The notes under the pieces are model-generated. The model did not search any database, was not told where the DNA came from, and saw only the letters and a program-made list of their open reading frames with translations. Positions 17,417 through 26,070 of a DNA stretch of 57,877 bases are shown here, piece after piece. Position numbers and translations under genes: made by a program. The DNA is from an uncultured Gammaproteobacteria bacterium (GTDB taxonomy: Bacteria > Patescibacteriota > Microgenomatia > UBA12405), in contig CAYTYZ010000006.1 of NCBI GenBank assembly GCA_964442385.1, forward strand, positions 1-57,877. Direction: 5' to 3'. Every line of letters starts with the position of its first letter. Position 1 is the first letter of the stretch.

Positions 17417-18682
17417 CTAATCTACTAGACAAATACCCAACTCTCGGTTGGTTTTCAGTATGTTTCGGTTGGTTTTATCTAGCTCCAGTTTCTTTCTCAA
17501 CCTTGATACAAACTTATCAAAAGCCCAGTCAGTAGGATATTCGTCTTTACCCCAAACATTCTCCATAATTTCTTCGCGACTAAAAACTTTATTTGGGCTA
17601 TCCGACATAAAAGTTAATAGTCGATACTCTCTCTTTGACAATAGATTGTTAATTAATTTACCTAAAAAGAACAGCTGTTCATTTTCCTTGTCATACACAA
17701 ATGGAGCAATACTTTGCTTGCCAGATTTTAAATAGGTGTCTAGAAGTGGTGAAAAAACTTTGATTTTGTTATCGATCACAGATTGAAAACCTAATTTAAT
17801 TAATAGCTCATCTTTTTGGTTTGTTTTTAGTTTGGCTATTTGCAAGTCAGTCAAGCTACTTAATATTCTTTGACATTGAAACATTATCTCCTCCTCGTTA
17901 CATAGATTTGTTATTTTTTTTGCATAATTTGTCTGTGACACTTTTGATAATGTTTGAACACAAAATTTAATCAATCCTGCATGTCCTCCACAAAGTTCAA
18001 TAATCTTATTCTTTTCTTTATCTGTCAAGTTAACCTGATATCTGTGGCAATTTCTTTGCAGTACCCACCCGGCCTGGTCTTCAGAAAATGGCGTCATAAA
18101 AACCATTTTCTGAAAGAAAAAAGTCACCGGCTCAAAAGGCCTAACTCCTCCAAAAATAAATACCAAAGAAAATCTGGCCGCGTTTCTTAGAGCTATTAAT
18201 TGGTGGTAAACCAGATCCAAATCCATTTTTCTAGCTTGGTCAAAATTATTAAAAAGAAACACAATTATTTTTCCGGTCTTGTTTGCCACATTGGCCAGAT
18301 CTTCTTTTAGAGATTTTAAAAGAATATTAGGCTGGTCTATAAATATTTGGTTTAAATAAGTACTCTCCAATCCTAGTTTTGTAGCTTCTTCCATCAAGCT
18401 AGCACTTATTAAGTGGTACAAGCTAGGCAGGGTAAACGATCCCAGTTCATTTAAATCTACTAATACAAACATATATTTATCCGCCTCAGCCCCTAAATAT
18501 TTTGTTTGCACATCTGCACGTCTTGAAATATATCTCATTACGTTTATCTTGCAGTTATCCTTCATGCCGATAAACGAAAAAGATTCGCTTCTTTTTAATA
18601 AGTCAAAAATATCTCCAACCACATCTTGCCGGTAATCTAGGGGAAAATTATCCTCCAGCACCAGGTGTTTATCCAGTTCCAT
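17417..18682 (-). CDS. Transcriptional regulator with an N-terminal STAND/AAA-like NTPase fold (degenerate Walker A) and a C-terminal OmpR/PhoB-type winged helix
   Basis: The C-terminus LSKREYRLLTFMSDSPNKVFSREEIMENVWGKDEYPTDWAFDKFVSRLRKKL matches trans_reg_C. In the N-terminal part, FSFIGMKDNCKINV sits where GxxGxGKT is expected, IIVFLFNNFDQA is Walker-B-like, and LCGGHAGLIKF is STAND-like. Confidence 0.65.
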   Translation of the reverse strand: MELDKHLVLEDNFPLDYRQDVVGDIFDLLKRSESFSFIGMKDNCKINVMRYISRRADVQTKYLGAEADKYMFVLVDLNELGSFTLPSLYHLISASLMEEATKLGLESTYLNQIFIDQPNILLKSLKEDLANVANKTGKIIVFLFNNFDQARKMDLDLVYHQLIALRNAARFSLVFIFGGVRPFEPVTFFFQKMVFMTPFSEDQAGWVLQRNCHRYQVNLTDKEKNKIIELCGGHAGLIKFCVQTLSKVSQTNYAKKITNLCNEEEIMFQCQRILSSLTDLQIAKLKTNQKDELLIKLGFQSVIDNKIKVFSPLLDTYLKSGKQSIAPFVYDKENEQLFFLGKLINNLLSKREYRLLTFMSDSPNKVFSREEIMENVWGKDEYPTDWAFDKFVSRLRKKLELDKTNRNILKTNRELGICLVD

Positions 18683-18690
18683 ACTATCAA

Positions 18691-18727
18691 ATTATATCAT
18701 TTGTCAGCCTGTGTCAGCTTGGTGACA
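18691..18727. promoter_or_regulatory. Divergent control region with phased direct repeats TGTCAGC and the regulator's own -10 box
   Basis: TGTCAGC occurs at 18702-18708 and 18712-18718, exactly 10 bp apart. GTCA-gcttgg-TGAC follows as an inverted repeat. On the minus strand TATAAT (18696-18691) lies 8 nt before ATG 18682, so the mRNA is near-leaderless, and the repeats overlap the -35 region. Confidence 0.45.
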
Positions 18728-18782
18728 AGCACAACCACTTTTTTAGACGTATTCTCAGCTGGTTAGTCATTATTTTCTTTAT

Positions 18783-19958
18783 ATGTACGAAAAAATTGAT
18801 ACCCTGCCTGTTACAAAGGAATACTATGGTGATACTAGGGCCGAAGATTCCTGGGTTGATCCAGTTCGTAATCAAACCGTTAGTACGATGAGCGAAGAAT
18901 TTTCTCGGAGGTCGTTGGAGATAATTCAAGAACTTTGTAGACGAAAAGGTGTGACAAATCCCCAGGGATTCATTTTAAATACTTCCCACCAAAGTGCACC
19001 ATATTCATATAGCAGAGCCTCCTTTCAGCTGGAATGCCAGGATGAAGGCAAAGAGAAGCCTATTCTGATAATCAGAAAATCAAGAGATAATCGCAAGCCA
19101 CAGTATGACCCCCAAGAGTCAAAGTGGGTAAACGAAAATGATCTTCTGCCTAGAAGCGAAGTTATTGTCAGAAAATTAGGTTATTGGAACGAAGACAAAG
19201 CTAAAAAAGGAGATTTGTATGATACATCTCTTTTAGTTTCCACTGTTAAAAGTCTCGACGCGCTCAAACCTGTTGATAAAAGAAAACTGATTCGTGGAAT
19301 TGAAAAAACCCAATTTCTTTGGCTAGAGAAAGAAATTTCAAGCGAAGAAAAATGGCAATCCTATTATCAAAATGCCTCGCATAGAAAAGATGTTGACCAG
19401 TGCAGACTTTTGGTAATTTTGTTAAATGCAAAAACATACCAGAAACACGGACGTTGGCAAGGGCATGACGATGCACTTGCAAGACAAGGCACCTGGGATA
19501 TACCGGCCCAACCTGCTCTTGAAATAAAAACTGAAGAATATCTACTTGGGGCAATAAATGAGTTATTACTACAGGGCCACAAGCAGTGGGATGAAGTCGC
19601 TTGGTTTGCAGTTCAAACCCTTGGTAACACAGGAGGGGCAAGGGCTTTACCTGCTATGTTTGACTACTTAAAAACCATTACTGAACCTGATGATCAAGTC
19701 ACGATTCTAAAAGCGCTAGCCAAAATTGGCTCGCCAAGAGTTGGAAAATACCTTATTGCCAATCTAAAAGGTGACAAAAGTTTTGTCAATTTTTGGCAAA
19801 AATCTAGAATAGTTACCGACTTGATAAAAGCCTCACCCCATCAAGAAGGAGCCAAAAAAGCCTACAAGAATCTTCTTGCATTCGTCGATCAGCTAAAAGG
19901 AGATAGCAAGTCCTCAAATGCTATGTTCTTAGCCGATAGTTTAAAAAATATTTATTAA
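18783..19958 (+). CDS. Family-A protein, copy 1: unknown N-terminal domain plus C-terminal HEAT/PBS-lyase-like repeats
   Basis: 391 aa. The C-terminus AVQTLGNTGGARALPAMFDYLKT..ILKALAKIGSPRVGKYLI is HEAT-like. It is colinear with the next gene. Confidence 0.6.
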   Translation: MYEKIDTLPVTKEYYGDTRAEDSWVDPVRNQTVSTMSEEFSRRSLEIIQELCRRKGVTNPQGFILNTSHQSAPYSYSRASFQLECQDEGKEKPILIIRKSRDNRKPQYDPQESKWVNENDLLPRSEVIVRKLGYWNEDKAKKGDLYDTSLLVSTVKSLDALKPVDKRKLIRGIEKTQFLWLEKEISSEEKWQSYYQNASHRKDVDQCRLLVILLNAKTYQKHGRWQGHDDALARQGTWDIPAQPALEIKTEEYLLGAINELLLQGHKQWDEVAWFAVQTLGNTGGARALPAMFDYLKTITEPDDQVTILKALAKIGSPRVGKYLIANLKGDKSFVNFWQKSRIVTDLIKASPHQEGAKKAYKNLLAFVDQLKGDSKSSNAMFLADSLKNIY

Positions 19959-19959
19959 T

Positions 19960-21123
19960 ATGACCAATTACAAAGAATTTCCAACTCTAAAAGTTACCAG
20001 TTCTAGCTATCAGGATTCTAGGGCAGAGGATTCCTGGATAGATCCGAATCGCAATGAAAAAGTAACTACTATTAGCGACCTGTTTGAACCCAGAGCTATA
20101 GAAATAATCAAAGAACTATGCATACGTAAAGGTGTTGTTAACCCACAGGAATTTACACTACACACCTCTAGTCGCTCTGCGCCATATTCCTTCAGCAGAT
20201 CAACCTTTTTATTAAAATGTATCGACGAAAATATTCCTTCTCCCATAGTAATTGTAAAAAAAGAAACCGACAATCGATATCCTGACCCCGACCCCAGAGA
20301 GGAGTATTGGGTCAATGAAAATGATTTACTGCCCAGAAGTGAGCTTAAAGTTCGAAAACTTGGTTTTTTTAATGAAATCAAAGCTCAAAAGGAAGCCGGA
20401 GAGCTACTACGAGCCTCAAAACTAATCAAAACTATAAATGAGCGACCGGGGCTTAGCAAAGATGAAAAACAATTTATCGTTGAGGAAGTAGAACACTGGC
20501 AAGGGACATGGCTGGTGGATGGAGTAAAAAGTGAAAGTCATTGGCAGTGGTGTTATCAAAATGCTTTGTACAGAAAAGACTACCACCAGTGCGGCTTGTT
20601 AATAAAAGTGCTAATACACAACAAAATCAACCATGGGTCAGACAAAAAAAGTGCCTGGGCAAGTCCCAATATTTCCAGAAAAGGGACTTGTGACATTCCT
20701 GCCCAGGCGATAATTGCTGATAAAACCCAAGCATGGCTACAGGAGGCTGTTAAAAAGAGTTTATCTGGGCTTTCAGAATGGAAGGATCTGTCGTATCAAG
20801 CTATCCAAGCCCTGGGTCATCTTGGCAACGCTAGTGCCTTGCCTGTTATTTTTGATTATCTAAAAACAGCGCCCATGGGGTCTCGCGAACAAGATAAGGC
20901 CCATCGAGCTTTAGCCAGAATAGGATCACCCAGGGTATATAGATATTTTATCAACTATTTTCAATCTGAAGATAAAGCTAAGACAGAGCACTCTAAGTTC
21001 ATAGTTAGAGAGTTACTAGACGATATGATCGAAAATGATCCAAAGCAACCCGGTGCTAAAAAAGCAATACTTGAATTCAAAAAATATGCCAAAAAGCACA
21101 ATTTAAGATATTTAGGGAAATGA
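19960..21123 (+). CDS. Family-A protein, copy 2 (tandem paralog)
   Basis: 387 aa. Shared with copy 1: Y.D.RAEDSW(V/I)DP.RN, II.ELC.RKGV.NPQ.F, SAPYS(Y/F)SR, WVNENDLLPRSE, DIPAQ, ALP..FDYLKT and IGSPRV. Confidence 0.6.
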   Translation: MTNYKEFPTLKVTSSSYQDSRAEDSWIDPNRNEKVTTISDLFEPRAIEIIKELCIRKGVVNPQEFTLHTSSRSAPYSFSRSTFLLKCIDENIPSPIVIVKKETDNRYPDPDPREEYWVNENDLLPRSELKVRKLGFFNEIKAQKEAGELLRASKLIKTINERPGLSKDEKQFIVEEVEHWQGTWLVDGVKSESHWQWCYQNALYRKDYHQCGLLIKVLIHNKINHGSDKKSAWASPNISRKGTCDIPAQAIIADKTQAWLQEAVKKSLSGLSEWKDLSYQAIQALGHLGNASALPVIFDYLKTAPMGSREQDKAHRALARIGSPRVYRYFINYFQSEDKAKTEHSKFIVRELLDDMIENDPKQPGAKKAILEFKKYAKKHNLRYLGK

Positions 21124-21153
21124 CCAATCTGTTATCTATTTATTTCTTTTGCT

Positions 21154-22065
21154 ATGTCCAAAGAACAATTAAAACCAACCCAAGAACAGCCTGAAGTTAT
21201 CCAAGTTAGATCTGAAAAAAAGAGGGGTATTCACTACCCCACCAAAGCCGAAATTTCTGCTGGTTTTCAGTCCATTTGCGATCAGTATGGCCTAAAGCCT
21301 GATGACTATTTACCAGAAATTGCAAAAATTACCCAGAGAAGATTGGAAATCAGAGAAAAGGAAAGTCCCAAAGATAAAACCATGAATAGTTACATAAAAG
21401 CCAGCATAAAGCCGTTTGAACATTATTGGACAAGTATTTGTTTTGAAGCGAAATTAGATCCTAAGTATCCTGCTTGGCTAGCCAGAGCTGTCACGGGATA
21501 TCCCGTCCATAGGCTAAAGCTAGACCTTGGAATGCATTTTAATAACCAATTTTCAAAGACTCAAAGATACCTTTGGTTTATAAATAATGCTGCTTGGTGG
21601 CTAACTGCAGGTGACATCCCAGCAAGTATTGCCTTGGAAGAATGCGATTTTAGAGCAATACAACGCGGCCAACCACCTCTTTATGAAAACTGGATAAGAA
21701 CTACCATTCCATTAGTTCATGATAAGGATTTACCACCAGAGGTAGGAGCTCTCACAGCCAAATTCGTTCAGAACGAAGTTGTTAGCACCATAAGGAATAT
21801 TCATTATCACTGGGGATTTGCTTTGGGCATGATCCCAGATCTTGAGCAAAGATATCCACGAACTAGCCGAAACAAGGGACCTACTAGTTTTCTTGGATAT
21901 AAAGAACCAGGTGCCCTTCCTGGCTCTACATTTTTTGAAAGCATTAGCTTTCACAAAATTGCTCTTAGGGTTACAGTAAATCAAGTTCCTGCCACCAAAT
22001 ACGAAGAGTCCGATAGCGCCAATTTCGCTAGATTGGCCAATATTAGTTATGGCGAAGACTTTTAA
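21154..22065 (+). CDS. Family-B protein, copy 1 (unknown function)
   Basis: 303 aa. Shares IHYPTKAEISAGFQ..CDQYG, NAAWWLT.GD, PLYENWI, NKGPTSF and VPATK with the next gene. Confidence 0.6.
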   Translation: MSKEQLKPTQEQPEVIQVRSEKKRGIHYPTKAEISAGFQSICDQYGLKPDDYLPEIAKITQRRLEIREKESPKDKTMNSYIKASIKPFEHYWTSICFEAKLDPKYPAWLARAVTGYPVHRLKLDLGMHFNNQFSKTQRYLWFINNAAWWLTAGDIPASIALEECDFRAIQRGQPPLYENWIRTTIPLVHDKDLPPEVGALTAKFVQNEVVSTIRNIHYHWGFALGMIPDLEQRYPRTSRNKGPTSFLGYKEPGALPGSTFFESISFHKIALRVTVNQVPATKYEESDSANFARLANISYGEDF

Positions 22066-22076
22066 TCTATTCAATT

Positions 22077-23006
22077 ATGACCAAAGAACAACTAAATCCA
22101 TTATCAGAAAAACCAGCCGATATACAATCCAGAGCTGAAAAAAAGCCTGTTATACACTATCCCACCAAGGCTGAAATTTCTGCTGGTTTTCAAACTGTTT
22201 GCGATCAATACGGACCTTGGTTGGACGAGTTAAAAAAGAGCTTGTCTGCACGTATTTTAAAACAGTCAGACAAACTTAGTAAAAAAGTACCCGAAGGTGA
22301 ATTACCAGAGAAAGATAAAAATTATTATATTGAAAGCAAGATTAGCCGGTATGCAAAGACTTGGAAAGAAATGGATTTCGATAAAGATCTTGACCCAGGG
22401 TTTCCTACTTATCTAGCCAGGGCCACCACAGGGTTTTACCTTGAGGTATTACGACATGATCTACGCGGGGGAGACTTTTTTGAGGGAGCATTTGATCAAA
22501 CTCAAAAATATGTCTGTTATTTGCACAATGCTGCTTGGTGGCTAACTAATGGAGATCTGGAAACCAGCTATGCCTTGGTTAACTGCGACGCTCACGCTAG
22601 AAAAACTGGCCACCAGCCATTATATGAAAATTGGATAAAAACAATTACTCCCATACCTCTTGTAGACAAATTACATCCTGACGTTGTATCTATTACCAAG
22701 CGGTTTATTCAAAACGAAATTTATCGAAGAATCTGGAAAATCCAATTATACTGGGAAGAAGCCTGGGGTATCATACCTCTACTAGAATCTACACTAAAAA
22801 GACCACCTGGTATCAACAAGGGGCCCACTAGCTTTGCCACTTATGCCACCCCTAGTGGCTATTATAATCTTAGTTTCTACGACGAAATAAATTTTGCCAA
22901 ATTTGCTCTCAGAATTATGTCAAATAATGTCCCAGCGACCAAACTCCAGGAGCTAGAAAACCGTGAGTCATCCAGACTAGGAAATTATAGTGATATATAT
23001 GGATGA
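22077..23006 (+). CDS. Family-B protein, copy 2 (tandem paralog)
   Basis: 309 aa. Two DNA runs are identical to copy 1: a 20-mer gaaatttctgctggttttca (21250-21269 and 22173-22192) and a 21-mer aatgctgcttggtggctaact (21586-21606 and 22527-22547). Confidence 0.6.
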   Translation: MTKEQLNPLSEKPADIQSRAEKKPVIHYPTKAEISAGFQTVCDQYGPWLDELKKSLSARILKQSDKLSKKVPEGELPEKDKNYYIESKISRYAKTWKEMDFDKDLDPGFPTYLARATTGFYLEVLRHDLRGGDFFEGAFDQTQKYVCYLHNAAWWLTNGDLETSYALVNCDAHARKTGHQPLYENWIKTITPIPLVDKLHPDVVSITKRFIQNEIYRRIWKIQLYWEEAWGIIPLLESTLKRPPGINKGPTSFATYATPSGYYNLSFYDEINFAKFALRIMSNNVPATKLQELENRESSRLGNYSDIYG

Positions 23007-23041
23007 CTTTTAAATCCCCAAATTAATCGCTATTATAATTA

Positions 23042-23989
23042 ATGCACGAACGAATTATTTTCCTGGCTTTGTCAGTTTTTCTACTCTCTGCCCAGGGGGT
23101 CCAGGCTACCACTCTAATTAGACAAAATGGCACTGTTACTTCAGTTGCCGGAGTAGTTTTAGGTGATGAAGTCACTCCCACTCCAGAAGTTGATGAATAT
23201 TGGAAGCGACCTTCACCCGTAGTCGACGATCATTGGAATCGTCCTTCACCAGCCGTTGATGACTATAAGAATAGACCTACCTGGTATCCCGGAGCCACCA
23301 GGCCTCCAACCTGGACACCTATTTCTCGTCCGCCAACTTGGTCACCAGAGCACGAGCCTAGCCGTTATCCTACCAGATCCCCAGAACCAAGCAGAAAGCC
23401 AGAGCTTCACATTACCCCTTGGCTAACCAGGCCACCTACCCCCACCAAAAGCCTTACCCCAAAGCCCACCAGAACTATAGATGAATACCGTGAATTATAT
23501 TTAAAAATTCGTGATAGTAAAGGCAAGGAAACGATCGTCGATAAAAAAGACGATGTAGTAGTCGAAACCAAGAAAGATAATTTTCGTCTTAAAGAAAATA
23601 TTGAAAGCCAAACTATAGAAATGACCAAAGGTGAGGATAAGCTTGATATTACTCTTCCCGTTATAATCAATTCTGACACCAAGCAAGTATCTGTTGGCAC
23701 CAGTTCTGGCAAGGAAGTAGAAATTAAAGCAGAGCTTCGCGATGCAATTGAAAAAACCTTAGAGCACCTTGATCTTCAAGACACAATTCCACCCCAAGAA
23801 GTTGGCACTTCCATTGTAGAGGATGACGGTAAGGTGGTTTACAAACTTGAAACCCAAAAACGCCAAAAACTCTTTGGATTTTTACCAGTAAAAGTTGAAG
23901 AAACTACTACTCTTGATGCTGAAAGTGGCGAGTTAGTTAAAACAGAAAAAAGTTTTGCCAATAGAATTCTTGATTTCTTTTCTTTCTAG
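23042..23989 (+). CDS. Secreted Pro/Trp-rich repeat protein
   Basis: Signal peptide MHERIIFLALSVFLLSAQGVQA. Three tandem 11-aa repeats (VDEYWKRPSPV / VDDHWNRPSPA / VDDYKNRPTW) are followed by RPPTW(T/S)P repeats and a charged C-terminal domain. Confidence 0.6.
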   Translation: MHERIIFLALSVFLLSAQGVQATTLIRQNGTVTSVAGVVLGDEVTPTPEVDEYWKRPSPVVDDHWNRPSPAVDDYKNRPTWYPGATRPPTWTPISRPPTWSPEHEPSRYPTRSPEPSRKPELHITPWLTRPPTPTKSLTPKPTRTIDEYRELYLKIRDSKGKETIVDKKDDVVVETKKDNFRLKENIESQTIEMTKGEDKLDITLPVIINSDTKQVSVGTSSGKEVEIKAELRDAIEKTLEHLDLQDTIPPQEVGTSIVEDDGKVVYKLETQKRQKLFGFLPVKVEETTTLDAESGELVKTEKSFANRILDFFSF

Positions 23990-23992
23990 ATC

Positions 23993-26056
23993 ATGACCAC
24001 CTCCCTGCACCAACTTTTTAATCCATCATCCATTGCAGTTTTAGGAGCATCTAGAGAATCCACCAAAGTTGGCAATATCGTCGTGTCAAATTTACAAAAG
24101 TCTGGGTTCAGGGGAACTATTTATCCTATCAACCAAAATAGTACGGAAATAAATAATTTACCCGCTTATCCTGATTTGCAATCGCTACCCCAAAAAGTCG
24201 ATCTGGTAGTGGTTTCTATACCCTCACAATATGTACTCGAAAATATTATTAAGGCCAATGAATTAGGCTATAAAAATTTTGTAGTCTTTAGTGCTGGCTT
24301 TAAAGAAATAGGGCAGGAGGGTCGCCTACTTGAAGATAACCTAATCAAATATGCCAAGGACAACAATCTAAATATTCTGGGTCCAAATTGTCTTGGGTTT
24401 TACAACCTGGATTGTAGTGCCAATATTACTTTTGGTACAACCGCCGGGCTTCCAGGAAACCTCAGGTTTGTTTCCCAATCTGGTGCTATAGTTACTGCTC
24501 TCTTTGATTATGCCACTCATCATAATCTGGGTTTTCGCGATTGTCTAACTCTGGGCAACAAAGCCGTCCTAAACGAGAATGATATCTTAAATTATTATTT
24601 GGAAACCAGCCGGCAAGGAGATGTTGTTGGTTTATATCTAGAATCAATAACAGATGGCCGAATTTTCTTAGATTTATGCCAACAACTAACCGAAAAAAAA
24701 ATTCCTGTTTTCATCCTCAAACCTGGTAGACACTCTAGCTCTCAAAAGGCTATGCTTTCTCATACAGGTTCGATGGCCGGAGAGGATTCCATTCTGGATG
24801 TAGCCCTCTCTGAAGCGGGAGTGCTCAGAATAAATGGCTTTGAAGAACTCTTTGACCTTTCGCGCGCTTTTTCCTGGCTAGGTAAACCTTCAAGCAATAC
24901 TGTTGCAATAGTTTCTAACGCTGGTGGACCAGCCGTAGTTAGTTCTGATATGGTAGTAGATTACGGACTGGAGTTGGCGCAGTTATCACCACAAACCGAG
25001 CAAGTCTTATCCCAGTCTCTACCACGTTTTGCCGGAATCCATAATCCAGTGGATGTCCTGGGTGATGCCCAGTCAGACCGGTACCGCCTAGCACTTGATG
25101 CCGTTTTAAATGAACCCAACGTATCTTCAGTTCTAGTTCTTCTAACTCCTCAAACCATGACTGACATAGAAAATATTGCCAATGTAATTTCAGACATGTC
25201 TATAAAATACACCAAGCCAATTGTGGCCAGTTTTATTGGCGGCGATGTAACCCAACAAGGTGCCAAGATTTTAGATCAAAAACATATTCCGTGTTATAAC
25301 TATCCAGAAAGAGCTATCCGCGCCCTGTCTAGAGTATATTTCCAGACACAAAACCAACCGATCCCCTTGTCCGAATTAACCAACACTCACCAGAAGTTAG
25401 AAACTACCGAAGTTGGTCTTTTGGGATTTTCACAAGCCCAGGCACTTTTGTCAAAGCATGGCATCACACCTCCAGCTTTTAAAATAATTTCCTCCGTTCC
25501 TGATTTAGAAAATTATATACAAGAACACGGCTACCCATTAGTACTTAAAGCTACTGGCCCCTCTTTAGTTCATAAAACTGAACACAAAGCAGTCTATATC
25601 AACCTAATTACATTTTCTCAAGTTACAGAAGCCTACGAAAAGCTAAAAACCCTTCAAGGGCAATATGAAAATACCCAAATCATAGCCCAATCTCAAGTTA
25701 AAACCGGACTAGAACTTATTTTTGGCATAAAACGTGACCCAACTTTTGGGCCTGTTGCTATGTTTGGAGCCGGTGGTAAATGGGTCGAACTTTTGCACGA
25801 TCGCAATTTGGCCTTACTGCCGTTAAATCTACAAAAGGCGACCAGTTTAATTTCCACCTCTAAACTTAATAAGATTTTTTCTGGATATAGGGGAGAAGAG
25901 GGGTACCCAGTAGACAAGTTAGCCCAAGTTCTAGTTAGTCTAAGTGACATATTTCTATCATTTAGTAATATCTCCGAACTAGAAATTAACCCAATTATCC
26001 TTACTCACAATGATGCTTGGTGTGTAGACTTTCGGCTGATAATTTCCCAGATTTAA
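23993..26056 (+). CDS. ADP-forming acetyl-CoA synthetase (acetate--CoA ligase family, fused alpha/beta)
   Basis: PSSIAVLGASRESTKVGNIV is the CoA-binding region. ILGPNCLGF, SQSGA and MLSHTGSMAG (phospho-His loop) follow, with a C-terminal ATP-grasp; 687 aa. Confidence 0.85.
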   Translation: MTTSLHQLFNPSSIAVLGASRESTKVGNIVVSNLQKSGFRGTIYPINQNSTEINNLPAYPDLQSLPQKVDLVVVSIPSQYVLENIIKANELGYKNFVVFSAGFKEIGQEGRLLEDNLIKYAKDNNLNILGPNCLGFYNLDCSANITFGTTAGLPGNLRFVSQSGAIVTALFDYATHHNLGFRDCLTLGNKAVLNENDILNYYLETSRQGDVVGLYLESITDGRIFLDLCQQLTEKKIPVFILKPGRHSSSQKAMLSHTGSMAGEDSILDVALSEAGVLRINGFEELFDLSRAFSWLGKPSSNTVAIVSNAGGPAVVSSDMVVDYGLELAQLSPQTEQVLSQSLPRFAGIHNPVDVLGDAQSDRYRLALDAVLNEPNVSSVLVLLTPQTMTDIENIANVISDMSIKYTKPIVASFIGGDVTQQGAKILDQKHIPCYNYPERAIRALSRVYFQTQNQPIPLSELTNTHQKLETTEVGLLGFSQAQALLSKHGITPPAFKIISSVPDLENYIQEHGYPLVLKATGPSLVHKTEHKAVYINLITFSQVTEAYEKLKTLQGQYENTQIIAQSQVKTGLELIFGIKRDPTFGPVAMFGAGGKWVELLHDRNLALLPLNLQKATSLISTSKLNKIFSGYRGEEGYPVDKLAQVLVSLSDIFLSFSNISELEINPIILTHNDAWCVDFRLIISQI

Positions 26057-26070
26057 CATATACTTATTTA

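Noticed and set aside
26017-26070. Upstream start for the NDH-2-like gene, overlapping the end of the acetyl-CoA synthetase gene.
   Set aside because: The Rossmann motif KKILIIGGGFVG normally lies within the first 10-15 residues. The ATG at 26071 gives that arrangement.
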